Positions 41,401 through 52,449 of a DNA stretch of 64,000 nt are shown one piece after another. Below the pieces are notes generated by a model. It saw nothing but the letters and a program-made list of their open reading frames with translations, did not search any database and was not told the DNA's origin. Position 1 is the first letter of the stretch, and each line of letters opens with the position of its first letter. Origin of the DNA: an uncultured Acidobacteriota bacterium (lineage in GTDB: Bacteria; Acidobacteriota; Vicinamibacteria; Vicinamibacterales; CAVVIG01). Where the stretch lies: assembly GCA_963731545.1 (NCBI GenBank), contig CAVSWN010000004.1:1-64000 (forward strand), given 5' to 3'. Made by a program: the position numbers and the translations under genes.

Positions 41401-44214
41401 ACATCACGTTGAACAGCGGCGTTCGGTCGTGGCCCTTCGGCACCCCCATCGCGTCAACGAGCAGCGGAAACGGAAGCGACTGATGCGCGTACCCACGCAG
41501 CGATGCGTCACGCACGCGATTGAGCAGCTCGGCGAACGTCGGATCGCCGGACAGGTCGGTGCGGAGAACCACGGCATTGACGAAGCACCCGATGAGATGC
41601 TCGAAGCTCCGGCCGGCTGCGGCCGGCGACGGGAACGCCGATGACGATGTCGTCCTCGTCCGTCAGACGGCTCAGTAGCAGTTGAAAGACGCTCGCCAGC
41701 GTCATGAAGAGGCTGACGTGCCGGTTCCGGCTGAAGCTCCGGAGACGTTCGGCGAACTGCCGCGAGAAGACGATCGATTCGGTGAGCTGCCGCACGCTGC
41801 TTGCCGCCGGCGCGCCATGAGCCGCAGGCAACGGCAGACGATCCGGTGCTCCAGCCAGTTGCGACTTCCAGAATGCGATCGACGGCGCCACGGCGTCGGC
41901 CGTGAACGCGTGCCGTTCCCACTCGGCAAAATCCGCGAACTGACACGGGAGCTCGCCGAGTGACGGCGCACGGCCGCGCACGAAGGCGTCGTAACCCGCA
42001 ACCAGCTCGCTCGCCAGGACCCGACGCGACCAGGCATCGGCCACGATGTGATGCATGTCGATCTGGAGCAGATGCTCGTCGCGTCCAACAGCGCATCAAC
42101 GACGCGCGGATGAGCGGTCCCTGCGCGAGGTCGAACGGCCGATCCGAGTCCGCTCGAGCAACGATGTCGAGGGAGAGGGCCAGCGTCGGCGCAACCTTCT
42201 GGATTGGGTGGCCGTCCGGTGCCGGGAACGTCGTTCGCAGGATCTCGTGCCGACGCACGATCTCGTTGAGACTCCGTTCGAGCGCCGGGACGTCAAGCGG
42301 ACCGTCGAGGCGCAGCGACATCGACACGTTGTAGGCCGGGTTCTGCGGATCCAGCTGGCTCAGAATCCAGATGCTGTGTTGGGTGTGCGAGAGCGCGGCG
42401 CCGTCCGGCGCGCGTCGAAGCGGGACGTCTGGGCGCGCCGTGCGGCAGCGGTCCACAGTCGACGAGAGTTGCGTCGCCATCTCCGCCACGGTGGGCGCGT
42501 CGAGAAAGCGAAGCATCGATATTTCGGCACCGGTCGTTTGCTCCAGCCGCGACAGGATCTGCGTCGCGAGAATCGAGTCTCCGCCCAGCGCAAAAAAGTT
42601 GTCGTGAACGCCGACCGACGCGACTCCGAGCACCTGCGCCCAGAGACCGCATAGCAGCTCCTCGACAGCGTTTCGTGGCGGTTCGGCGGCGACGGGCTCC
42701 GTCGCTTCGGCGCTGCTCGCGATCCCAAGCCTTGCTGCCAGGCCGATACGCTGTGGCTTGCCGGTCGGGCCTGTCGGAATGCCGTCGACGAACTCGATTC
42801 GGCGCGGAACCTTGAAATCGGCGAGATGACCCGACGCGAACTCGCGCAGCTGCTCCGCCGCGACGGACGCGTGCTCATGAACGACGACGGCCGCAGCGAC
42901 CTCCTCTCCCAGCCGGGCATCGGGCACGGCAAAGACGATCGCGCTCGCGACCGCTGGGTGTTGCGTCAGGACCTCCTCGACCTCGCGTGGCGAGACCTTC
43001 TCGCCGCCGCGATTGATGATCTCCTTGGTTCGGCCGCTGAGGAACACGTAGCCGTCGGCGTCGATCCAGCCTCGATCTCCTGTGGTTAGCCAGCCGTCGC
43101 CGACGACGTTCGGCCCCCGGATGATGATGTCGCCCTCGCGTCCCGCGTCGAGCTGGTTGCCGAGATCGTCCAGCACGGCGACGTCGGAGCCCGCGGCGAT
43201 CCCGACCGATCCTGGCTTTCGCGCGCGCGGTGGCAGGGGATTGCTGGCGATTTGGTGTGCGGCTTCCGTCATCCCGTAGGCTTCGATGACCGGAACGCCA
43301 AATGATGGATTCGAGCTCGGACATCAACGATGTCGGCAGCGCGGCCGAACTCGGAGCGCACGAATCGCAATCGGGATCGCGTCACGCTCGCTCGGTGGTG
43401 CGACGCGCGCGCCACGATCGCCGCGATGCATCGTCGGCACGGCCGTGTACCAGGTCGGCGCGAACTCGTCGCATCCAGTCGAAGAACTTCGGCGCAAGAA
43501 AGCCGGGTGCGCACACCACGCTGGCGCCGGCGGCGATAGACGAGATGAGCGCCCCGGCCAGACCGTGAATGTGAAACAGCGGCATCACGTTCAGGCAGCG
43601 ATCGCTCGGCGTGAAGATCCGAACGCATCCGCAGTGTTCCGCGCCGAGTGCCACAGGTTCGCATGCGTGAGCGCCACGGCCTTCGCGTTCCCCGTCGTTC
43701 CCGATGTATTCAAGACGAGCGCGACGTTGTTTGCGCTCGCGAGAGCCGGCCGCCGGGCGGAAGCGATGGCGGCCGGGATGTGGACTGAAAAGAGGCCGGC
43801 CGGTTCATCCGCGATCGGTGACAGGTCGATCACCGGAATTCCGAGAGCGCTCGCAACCGCGCGCGCAGGCGATGGCACCGTCGCCTGCACGATGAGGGCT
43901 CTCACCGACAGGCCGTGGAACACGGCGTGGAATTCGTCAGCGCGATACGACGGGTTCAGCGGAACGCAGGCGGCAGCCGCCGACACCGCCAGGAATGCCG
44001 TGGCCATGTCCGGGCCGTTGGCAAGGACGATCGCCACACGGTCGTCCTCGCCGATGCCATGTTCGTTCAGGAGAGCGGCGGTTTCGGAAACATGGCGCCA
44101 CAGCCGCGCGTAAGACATTGGCGGCCGACCGGGCGCAAGCAGAGCGATCGCGTCCGGTTGAGCAGCGGCCTGGTCTTCCAATAGGTGATAAACGCACGTG
44201 CGGCCACGAAGCAT
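38418..44214 (-). CDS. Bimodular non-ribosomal peptide synthetase: A(starter, acyl-CoA synthetase/FAAL-like)-T-C-A-T-TE; many frame changes
   Basis: N-term LVLNTSGTTGNAKAVALTH…GEKVSPREVEEVL; PCP FFALGGDSILATQILSRL; C-domain MHHIVADAWS (HHxxxD); A2 LTYRELNQRANGLASEL…YTSGSTGQPKG…; PCP FFDLGGDSLAAIRVF; TE LFCVHGLGGG…GWSLGGSIAVEVA. Confidence 0.8.
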
Positions 44215-44219
44215 CGGAC

Positions 44220-44897
44220 CTACACGACCACCGCACCCGTCAGAATGAGCTCATCCATAACCAGAGTCCACCAGCCCTCAATTCTTATATCAGCGGCATC
44301 GAGCGCTGCGGTGAACACGCCTGCACCAGATTGCAATCGAATTTCAGGAAAGTCCACGAAGCGCTGGAGGCCTGGCGAGAGCGCCTTGATGACCGATTCC
44401 TTCGCGCTGAACATCAGCGCGAGTGGCGGCGCCCACGAGGGGAGTGCGGGCGACTGTACGTCGCCGTCGCGTGCATGGGCGAGCAAATGGTGGGCGTCAA
44501 CCGGGAGGCTTTCTGCGCCGGAGCGGTCCAGCAGGTCGATGCCCAGCGCTTTCCACGTCGTGCACGGCGCGGCGACCGCCGCACACGCGCCGGTTGTGTG
44601 TGAGATGGATCCCGTCATGCCCCTCGGCCACAGCGGGTTGCGCCACGCACCGACAGGAATCGGTGCCGGCGCGACGCCAAGCTCGGCCAGCGCCTGCCGG
44701 GCGCACCACCGGCCGGCCGCGAACTCGTCGCGGCGTCGCGGCACGGCTCGCTGAACGTGCGCCTCTTCCTCGGGGAACAGCGGCTGGCTGCCGTCGATCA
44801 CGGCGACACCGACGCCTGAGGAAGGACCGAACCACTCGCGCATGCGGCCGGCCACGCGTTCGAGCAATTCCAGTTCCGTGAATTCCGCGCTTCGCAA
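44220..44897 (-). CDS. 4'-phosphopantetheinyl transferase (Sfp/EntD type)
   Basis: …EAHVQRAVPRRRDEFAAGRWCARQALAELG…GSISHTTGACAAVAA…LGIDLLD…FSAKESVIKAL. Confidence 0.75.
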   Translation of the reverse strand: MRSAEFTELELLERVAGRMREWFGPSSGVGVAVIDGSQPLFPEEEAHVQRAVPRRRDEFAAGRWCARQALAELGVAPAPIPVGAWRNPLWPRGMTGSISHTTGACAAVAAPCTTWKALGIDLLDRSGAESLPVDAHHLLAHARDGDVQSPALPSWAPPLALMFSAKESVIKALSPGLQRFVDFPEIRLQSGAGVFTAALDAADIRIEGWWTLVMDELILTGAVVV

Positions 44898-44913
44898 GAC
44901 TATGATGGAGATT

Positions 44914-46253
44914 TTAATGGAGTCGACGATGGAGCGAAGAGTTCGTCTCGCAATCGGTACTGGCGCTGGGAATCGGCGGAGCTCCGGTGGCGGCGGATTG
45001 GCCGAGCTGGCGCGGCCCGAACGGTTCGGGCATCACCGACGATGCGAACGTGCCGGATCGGTGGAGCGCCGCTGAGAACCTCGTGTGGAAGGCGCCGCTC
45101 GCCGGCCTCGGCGTGTCGTCGCCCATCGTCGTCCGGCGATCGTGTGTTCGTGACCTCGCAGGTCGGCTCCGGCGTTCGGCGTCCCGGCAATCACCCGCGG
45201 CTCGCGCAGGGTTCGGCCGCGGCGTCGGCGGGAGAGCGCCCGCTGCCCGTGTCGGCCGAGGATCGCACGATGTTCGTCGTCGAGGCGTTTCAGCGGAGCG
45301 ACGGCCGGCGGCTCTGGCAGTACCGCGCCGAAGCGGTGGGCCCGCTGCCCGGCGTGCACGACAAACACAACCTCGCGAGTCCAAGCCCCGTCACCGATGG
45401 GCAGATGGTTTATGCGTGGTTCGGCACCGGGCAGGTCGTCGCGCTCGACATGAACGGCAAGCTGGTGTGGGAACGGAATCTGGGCAAGGAAAATTCACCG
45501 TTCGACATCAACTGGGGCCACAGCAGCTCGCCGACGCTGTTTCAGGATTCGCTGCTTCTCCTCTGCGATCATCAGCCGGCGGCGTACCTGCTCGCGGTCG
45601 ACAAGCGCACCGGCAAGGATCGCTGGAAGACCGATCGCGGCCGCGGACGGATGTCGTACACGACGCCGTTCGTCGTCAACGCGCCCTCAGGTCCCGAGCT
45701 GATCGTCAACTCGAGCGAGCGTGTTGACGCGTACGATCCGCGGAACGGCGCTTTCCTCTGGCACGTGGGCGGCAGCAACCAGTTTCCGATTCCCGCGCCG
45801 ACGTTCCACGACGGCGTCGTCTACATGAGCCGCGGCTACCGCAGCGGCCCGTTCATGGCCCTTCGTCCGGGCGGTCGCGGCGACATCTCCTCGTCGCACG
45901 TCGTCTGGCAGGTCAACACCGGCGCGCCCTACATCTCGTCTCTGGTGTACGACGCGGGCCTGGTGTTCATGGCCAACGACGTCGGGGCGTTGATGGCGTT
46001 CGATGCGGCGACCGGCGCGAAGGTGTGGCAGGAGCGCGTGGACGGGATTTTCTCGGCGTCGCCCGTGGCAGCCGGCGGGAAGATCTATTTCGTGAGCGAG
46101 ACCGGCGAAACGATCGTCGTGCGATCCGGGAAGCAGCCCGCCGTCATCGCGAAGAACGACATCGGTGAACGGCTGATCGCGTCGCCGGCCGTGTCGAAGG
46201 GCCAGATCTTCCTGCGCAGCGACGGGCAGTTGTTCTGCGTGGGGAAGCGCTGA
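44914..46253 (+). CDS. PQQ-like beta-propeller repeat protein, paralog 2; frame change ~45120
   Basis: …AADWPSWRGPNGSGITDDANVPDRWSAAENLVWKAPLAG… then ORF 45042..46253 frame …SPVTDGQMVYAWFGTGQVVALDMNGKLVWERNLG…. Confidence 0.65.
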
Positions 46254-46255
46254 TG

Positions 46256-46378
46256 TCGCGGCCCTGAAAGGGCCGCGCTACGACTGCGCCGGCCATGACC
46301 ACCGCGACCGAGCACGTGTGGGTGTAGCGCGACCCTTTCAGGGTCGCGTCTGGTGTAGCGCGACCCTTTAGGGTCGCG
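46256..46378. repeat. Cluster of three REP elements
   Basis: GTCGCGGCCCTGAAAGGGCCGCGCTACGACTGCGCC; GGTGTAGCGCGACCCTTTCAGGGTCGCG; TGGTGTAGCGCGACCCTTTAGGGTCGCG. Confidence 0.8.
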
Positions 46379-46880
46379 TTCGAACCAGCAGCGCCGCGAA
46401 CCCGGGCAGATACGCGACGATCCAGCTCACGAAGTGGGTCGCGTAGTCCCATCCGCGCGGGTCGAACGGAAACCAGATCCCCGAGATCGCGTAGAACCCC
46501 AGGCCTGATCCCGCCGCCGCGAGCACGCTGCGCACGAGGACGGCGCGAATGCTGTCGCGCTGCTCGAGCACGCGGCCGGTCAGGAGACCGAGGCCGACCC
46601 ACAACGCCACGAAGAGCACGAAGAGCGCCGAGTAGCCGATGAGCGGCTGCAGCAGGTAGAAGCCGCCGGTGGCTGCCAGGCCGATCGCGGCGCCGCCGGC
46701 CGCACCGGCGAGCGGCTTGCGCGCGGGCAGGCCGAGGCACAGGCCCACGGTGACGAACAGGATCGCGCCGTGCGCGAACCAATAGATCGGAATGCCGTGC
46801 GGCAGCACGTTGGCCCAGAGGTAGTCGCCGATCGTGCTGACCACGGCCGTGACGAGCGCGCCGATCAGCGCCGCTGTCAC
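46368..46880 (-). CDS. Polytopic membrane protein (hypothetical)
   Basis: 170-aa ORF, 4-5 hydrophobic helices. Confidence 0.45.
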   Translation of the reverse strand: MTAALIGALVTAVVSTIGDYLWANVLPHGIPIYWFAHGAILFVTVGLCLGLPARKPLAGAAGGAAIGLAATGGFYLLQPLIGYSALFVLFVALWVGLGLLTGRVLEQRDSIRAVLVRSVLAAAGSGLGFYAISGIWFPFDPRGWDYATHFVSWIVAYLPGFAALLVRTRP

Positions 46881-46937
46881 GCCGTCACCAAGTGTTCTTT
46901 TTCGTGTCTTCGTGTTTTCGTGGTTGCATTTTCGTCG

Positions 46938-48284
46938 TCAATCCGGCAATTCCTCGCGCTTCGGCTCGGGCAGCCAGTAGCTCGCCACGAGACCCAGCAC
47001 GTAGGCGGCCGTTCCGACAATCGCAGACGCGTACGCGAGCTTCGTCGGCAGGGTCGCGCCAGGCATGAGATCGGTCAACTGCGTCGTGAGCAGCGCGGCG
47101 GACGTGCCGAACATCCGTCCGCCGACGTTGGCGGCGAAGCTTTCTCCGGTCCCCCGGAGATGCGTGGGATAGACGCGCGGCAGGTAGTTCCCCCAGAAAC
47201 TGAACTGGCCGATCGTCGTGATTCCGTAGAAGAAGATCCCCAACTCGAGCATCGTCAGGCTGCTCGTGCCGGCCACGGCGAAGACGAACGGAACGATGAG
47301 CAGCCCAGGCACTTGAAAGAGCCGAACGAGCGTGCGGCGGCTTGCAATCCGAATCGCGAGAAACGCCATCAGGATGCGGCCGGTCAGCCCGCCGAACTCC
47401 TGGAACGACTGCACGGCGCTGACCGTCTGCTCGACCGCGGCGCGCGGCAGCCCGCGCAACTCCTCGAGGCCGGGCACGATGCGCGGCGCCTGCTGGATCG
47501 CGCCGAACGCCGCCGCGTACGCGGCGGCCATCATGATGGTCGTGACGATCGTCGTCGTGCGAAATTCCGGACGGAACAGCTCGCCGAAGCTCGGGCGCCT
47601 GAGCGTGCCCGCTCGCTTCTGCTCCATCCAGGTGGGCGATTCGGGCAGAAACGGCCGGACGAGGATGAGCGGGATCGCCGGGATCAGGCCGGACATCAGC
47701 GTGTATCGCCAGGCCTCGTGTCCACCGCGCACCTGCGGGCAGCAGATGGCCGTAGGTGACGGCGAGGTAGTAGCCGGCCGTGGCCATGATGCCGCCGATC
47801 GATCCCAGGGTCTGCGTGTAGCCGACGATCGCCTCGCGCTGTTTCGGGTTGGGGAACAGCTCCGAGAGCCAGGCGACGGCGGCCACGAACTCCACGCAGA
47901 CGCCGACGAAGGTGCAGCAGCGCCAGAAGAGCAGCCATCCGACCGAGGTCGCCAGCCCGCGCCATGAACGCGGACACCGCGTAGAGCAGGATGCTCCACA
48001 CGAGGACCGCGCGGCGGCCGAAGCAGATCGGTGAGATAGCCGCCGAGGAGCCCGAAGATGCCGCCGGCCACGGCGGGCACGTAGAAGAGGATGCCGACCC
48101 ACTCGTTGACCGCGGGACTGTTCGGCGGCACGCCCAGCAACTCGGCGAGGGCCGGCCGGGCGATGAGCGGCAGCATGAGCAGCTCGTACGAGTCGAACGC
48201 GAAGCCGATCGCGGCGATGACGACGATCACCCATTGGATGGGCGTCAGGCGCGGCGCGGCCGCGTCGGCGTGGGCGGGCGTCAT
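46938..48284 (-). CDS. MFS transporter, frame changes
   Basis: ORFs 46938..48284 and 46885..48234 alternate coding-like hydrophobic segments (…IQWVIVVIAAIGFAFDSYELLMLPLIARPAL… / …VGWLLFWRCCTFVGVCVEFVAAVAWLSELFPNPKQRE…). Confidence 0.55.
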   Translation of the reverse strand: MTPAHADAAAPRLTPIQWVIVVIAAIGFAFDSYELLMLPLIARPALAELLGVPPNSPAVNEWVGILFYVPAVAGGIFGLLGGYLTDLLRPPRGPRVEHPALRGVRVHGAGWRPRSDGCSSGAAAPSSASAWSSWPPSPGSRSCSPTRNSARRSSATRRPWDRSAASWPRPATTSPSPTAICCPQVRGGHEAWRYTLMSGLIPAIPLILVRPFLPESPTWMEQKRAGTLRRPSFGELFRPEFRTTTIVTTIMMAAAYAAAFGAIQQAPRIVPGLEELRGLPRAAVEQTVSAVQSFQEFGGLTGRILMAFLAIRIASRRTLVRLFQVPGLLIVPFVFAVAGTSSLTMLELGIFFYGITTIGQFSFWGNYLPRVYPTHLRGTGESFAANVGGRMFGTSAALLTTQLTDLMPGATLPTKLAYASAIVGTAAYVLGLVASYWLPEPKREELPD

Positions 48285-51200
48285 GGCGTCACCGTCGACA
48301 GCCCCGCGGCCTTCATTCGCGCGTTGAACGCGACGAGGTCAACGGTCTTGAGCGTCGACCAGCGCGTCATCGCGCGCGTGGCGGCGGCGCGCGCGTTCGC
48401 GATCGCCGTCATCTGCACGGTGGTCGGTTTCACGTCCGCGCCCTGCAGGATGTTCATGACGCCGGCCAGCGTCGCGCTCGCACCGGTCAGCGTGTCGGGT
48501 GGGGCGGGCGGGGCGCCGGCACCGCGGCCTCTGCCTCCTCGCGCCAAAGGCGCCGCCGTCGGCGAACGGGGCGCCTTCGATCGCGTTGATCTTCGCTTCG
48601 AGATCCGCGAGCACCTGGACTGCGCCACCGGTGACGCGCGGCTTCAGATTGGCCAGCTGATCGCGAACCTTCTGCGCCTCACGCGCCGCAGCCTGCGCGT
48701 TCAGCGCGCCGTAGTACATCGCTTTCGACTGCGTGTAGATCTGCTGCATCGTCAGCGGCGGCGTCTTCACGCGCGGGTCCTGCTTCACGGTCATCGGCTG
48801 CGAGTAGCGTCTTGCCGTTGACCGTGAGCTTGACCGTGTACTGCCCCGGGTTCACCCACGGCGTCGTCGGCGACGGGACCGTGTTGTAGCCGATGGCGGC
48901 GATCGGCAGCGTCGGGACCGCCGCATGCGGCCGCCGCCATCGAGCGGCTGATAGTGCAAATCCCACGTGAAGCGATGCATGCCCGCCGCTGCCGACAGCG
49001 CGCTCAGCGGACGGAACCAGTACAGCGGAACGTTGATCGTCGCCGGGTTCGGTTTGAACACTTCGTCGGTGCTCGAGTAGCGGCGCACGAGCTTGCCGTC
49101 GCTGCCGGAGATCTCGAGCGTGACCGGACCGGTCGCCGCGGACTTCAGGTAGTAGTTGATGATCGCGCCCTCGGGCGGATTCGGCGCCGTCGGCTCGTCG
49201 GGCGGCAGCGGCGTGTCGGTGTTCATGTTCCAGCGCACGCGATACGCGGTCTGCGGCTTGAAGAGATACGCGTCCGCTCGGCTAGGCCGTCGCGTTCCGT
49301 CGTCGGACAGCTCCGCGATCTGCCGCAGCGGCGTGATGTCGTCGAGAATCCAGATGCCGCGCCCGTGCGTGCCGACGACGAGGTCGTCGTCTTTGATGAT
49401 CAGATCGCGGACCGAGGACGCGCGCCATGTTCAGTCGCAGCGACTGCCAGTGGTCGCCATCGTCGAACGACACGTAGACCTGCGTCTCCGATCCGGCGAA
49501 GAGCAGACCCTTCCGCTTCGGATCCTCGCGGACGACGCTGACGGGCGCGCCGCCAGGGATGCCGTTGACGATCTCCTTCCACGTCTTGCCGCCGTCGTGC
49601 GTCCGGTAGATGTGCGGGTTCATGTCGTCGAGCCGCAGCGTGTTCACCGCTGCGTAGGCCGTCAGCGGATCGAAGCGGCCCGGATCGACGATGAACACCT
49701 TCATGAAGTCGGTGACCTGCGGCGGCGTGACGTTGGTCCAGTGCAGGCCGCCGTCGGCGGTCGTGTAGATCACGCCATCGTCGGTGCCGATCCAGATGCG
49801 GTTGATGTCGCGATACGACGGCCCGATCGTGTAGATCACCTGCGCGCCGATGGTGCCGCGCTCTTTGCGCGTCACGCGCGGGATGTACGTGCCGACGCTC
49901 TTCGGCACGTCCCATTTTTCGCGCGTCAGGTCCGGGCTGATCTGCTTCCAGTTGATGCCGCCGTCGATGCGTCTTCCACAGCACGTTGTTGCCGTAGAAG
50001 AGCGCGCGCGGATCGACCGTCGAGAAGACGACCGGCTGCGTGCGCACGGTGCGATAGGCGGGCCTGCCTGCCGTGGCGACGCCGCAGCGCCCGCGTCCGC
50101 TTCGAACGGGGCCGACATCCGACACCTGACCCGTGCGCCGGTCGTATCGCGTGACCTTGCCGCCATAGACGAGATCGGGATCGAGCGGATCGGGCGCGGC
50201 GTAGCCGTACTCTTCGACGCCGACCGGATGCCAGTCGCGGAAGGTGATCTGGCCGTCGTTGCCGCGGCTCGCGACGCACACCGATCCGCTGTCCTGCTGT
50301 CCGCCGCACACGCGATACGGAAACGCGTTGTCGGCCATCACGTGATAGAGCGCCGCGGTCGGCTGCGTGTACCACGAGCTCCAGGTCTGGCCGCCGTTCA
50401 GCGTGACGACCGCGCCCTGATCGATCACCAGCAGCATGATGTTCGGATCGTTCGGGTTCCACCAGATGTTCTGGTTGTCGTCGCCGCCGGGCGCGCCCTT
50501 GAACGGCACGAACGTCCTGTCCGCCGTCCGTGGACTTGAAGCTGACGATGTCGGTGACGATCAGCGTGTCGGGATCCTTCGGGTGCACGTGCGGCACGAC
50601 TTCGTTGATCCGGGCGGTCGGGCGCGTGTCGGTGGTGATGCGCGTCCAGGTCTCGCCCGCATCGTCCGAGCGATAGATGCCGGTTCCGTCGCCGGCCGCT
50701 TCGAGCGTCGCGAAGACGCCGCCGCGGATTGCTCGGCGAGACGCCGATCTCGGCGTTGATGATGCCGGGCGGCAACCCTTGCGTCAGCGGCTTCCACGTC
50801 GTGCCGCCGTCGGTCGACTTGAAGATGCCGCCGTTGGTGCCGTTCCACGCCGCGTTCTCCCACGGACCCTGCCGCTGCTCCCACAGCGTGGCGTAGACGA
50901 TGTCGGGGTTCGACGGATCGATGTCGACGTCCTTGCCGCCGGTGTCGACGTTCTTGAAGAGGACGCGCTGGAAGCTCTGGCCGCCGTCGGTCGAGCGGAA
51001 GATGCCGCGCTCCTCGTTCGGGCCGTACGGATGGCCGAGCGCGGCGACGAACAGGCGATTCGGGTTCCGCGGATCGATGGCGAGCTTGGGAATCTGCTGC
51101 GCGTCGCGCAGGCCGAGATGCGTCCACGTCGCGCCGGCGTCGGTGGACTTGTAGATGCCGTCGCCGACCGAGAGATCGGGGCGCGGCAGTCCTTCGCCGG

Positions 51201-51544
51201 TGCCGACGTAGAGGATGTTCGGATCGGAGGGCGCGACCGCGACCCAGCCGATCGATCCGGTCGGCTGGTCGTCGAAGATCGGCTTCCACGTGCGGCCGGC
51301 GTCGGTGGTCTTCCAGACGCCGCCGTTGCACATGCCGATGTAGAAGGTGTACGGATGGCTCGGATGTCCCGCCGCCGCCTTGGTCCGGCCGGCGCGGAAG
51401 GGCCCGATGTTGCGCCAGCGCATCTCGGCGAAGAGGCGTCGGGCTGATCTGCGGTGTCTGCTGCGCGGGGAGGGAGATCGAGAACACCCCGCCGAGCAAC
51501 AGCATGAGGAGAAAGGCAAGAAGGGCGCGATGAATTCGCTTCAC
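48281..51544 (-). CDS. Large secreted BNR/Asp-box repeat protein (sortilin/glycosyl-hydrolase-like beta-propellers); many frame changes
   Basis: Signal MKRIHRALLAFLLMLLLGGVFS; Asp-box repeats WKTTDAGRTW, FRSTDGGQSF, FKSTDGGTTW, YRTHDGGKTW, YTTADGGLHW, VTLNGGQTW spread over ORFs 50425..51519, 49400..50509, 49282..50166, 48852..49238, 48281..48794. Confidence 0.6.
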
Positions 51545-51589
51545 GTCGTCACCTTTGGCGTTTTATGAAGCGTCTAGCTTATCGCGAAG

Positions 51590-51749
51590 GGGTTCCGCAG
51601 GGCTAAAGCCCTGCGCCACGTTCTACTGGTGTTGTGTTCGAGGTGGTGCCCAGTACTAGGCCGCTTAGGCGGACCCATACAGCGCATCGTCGAGTGCTAG
51701 TCGCGTTCGCCTGTCAGAAGTAGCCAGGGCTTGAGCCCTGCGAACGCGG
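51590..51749. repeat. REP elements flanking RAYT gene (left side)
   Basis: GCAGGGCTAAAGCCCTGCGCCACGTTCTAC … GTAGCCAGGGCTTGAGCCCTGCG. Confidence 0.7.
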
Positions 51750-51799
51750 AGACTGCGGCGTGGCTTCAGCTGCGATCGCACGGTCGAGCGCTAAGGCGC

Positions 51800-52290
51800 T
51801 TCATGGCCACGCTCGTCTTCGCCGCCCTGGCCGTCTCCGCCACGCTGACGTCGGTTTCCAACGTATTCAGTGACCTTCTGCACATTCGAGCGCGCGATCG
51901 CGATTCACGACCGCGGCCGTCGTGGATCCAGCGAGATCGCAGTTGCTGCAAAGTGCCGATGCCTTTCGGTTTGGAATTCCTGCGTACACTTTCATGCCCG
52001 ATCACGTCCACATACTCGCTCTCGGAGAGTCGCTCGACTCCGATCTCGAGCGTTCGTCGGCGAATGAAGCAGAAGACCGGATTTGAGTTCAAGCAGGCGC
52101 GTCGCGCGCCGCTGTGGCAGGAAGGCTACTACGATCGCATTCTGCGGAACGACGAGCAGACGATCGTCGTGTCGCGAGGTACATCCTGGACAATCCAGTG
52201 CGAGCTGGGCTGGCGGAAGACGTTCGACAGCTATCCATTCTCGGGCTCGAACAGATACACGCATGGAAGAACTGGCGGATGCGCTCCAAT
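51800..52290 (+). pseudogene. REP-associated tyrosine transposase (RAYT, IS200/IS605 TnpA-like), frameshifted
   Basis: …FRFGIPAYTFMPDHVHILALGES (HxH motif) / …KQKTGFEFKQARRAPLWQEGYYDRILRNDEQ (catalytic Y region) / …VSRYILDNPVRAGLAEDVRQ in three frames. Confidence 0.65.
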
Positions 52291-52326
52291 CGCAGGGCTG
52301 AAGCCCTGCGCCACGCTCTACTGCGG
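52291..52326. repeat. REP element (right flank of RAYT)
   Basis: CGCAGGGCTGAAGCCCTGCGCCACGCTCTAC. Confidence 0.7.
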
Positions 52327-52449
52327 TGCGAGAGCCGCGGTCGAGGGCGTTATACTACGCGATCATGTCTGCGGGTCCTTCTACCACGCTCCATCGCATC
52401 GGTATCGTCTGCGGCTGTCACGGCTTCTCGGGAGGCGCTCGACGCCTGG

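Noticed and set aside
39079-43664. Numerous plus-strand ORFs (e.g. 39079..39864, 40242..41273, 42055..42654)
   Set aside because: Antisense to the NRPS gene; Arg-rich, no domain signatures
50561-51544. 327-aa Arg-rich minus ORF
   Set aside because: Only its first ~35 aa (signal peptide) belong to the BNR gene; the rest is an alternative frame of the same coding region
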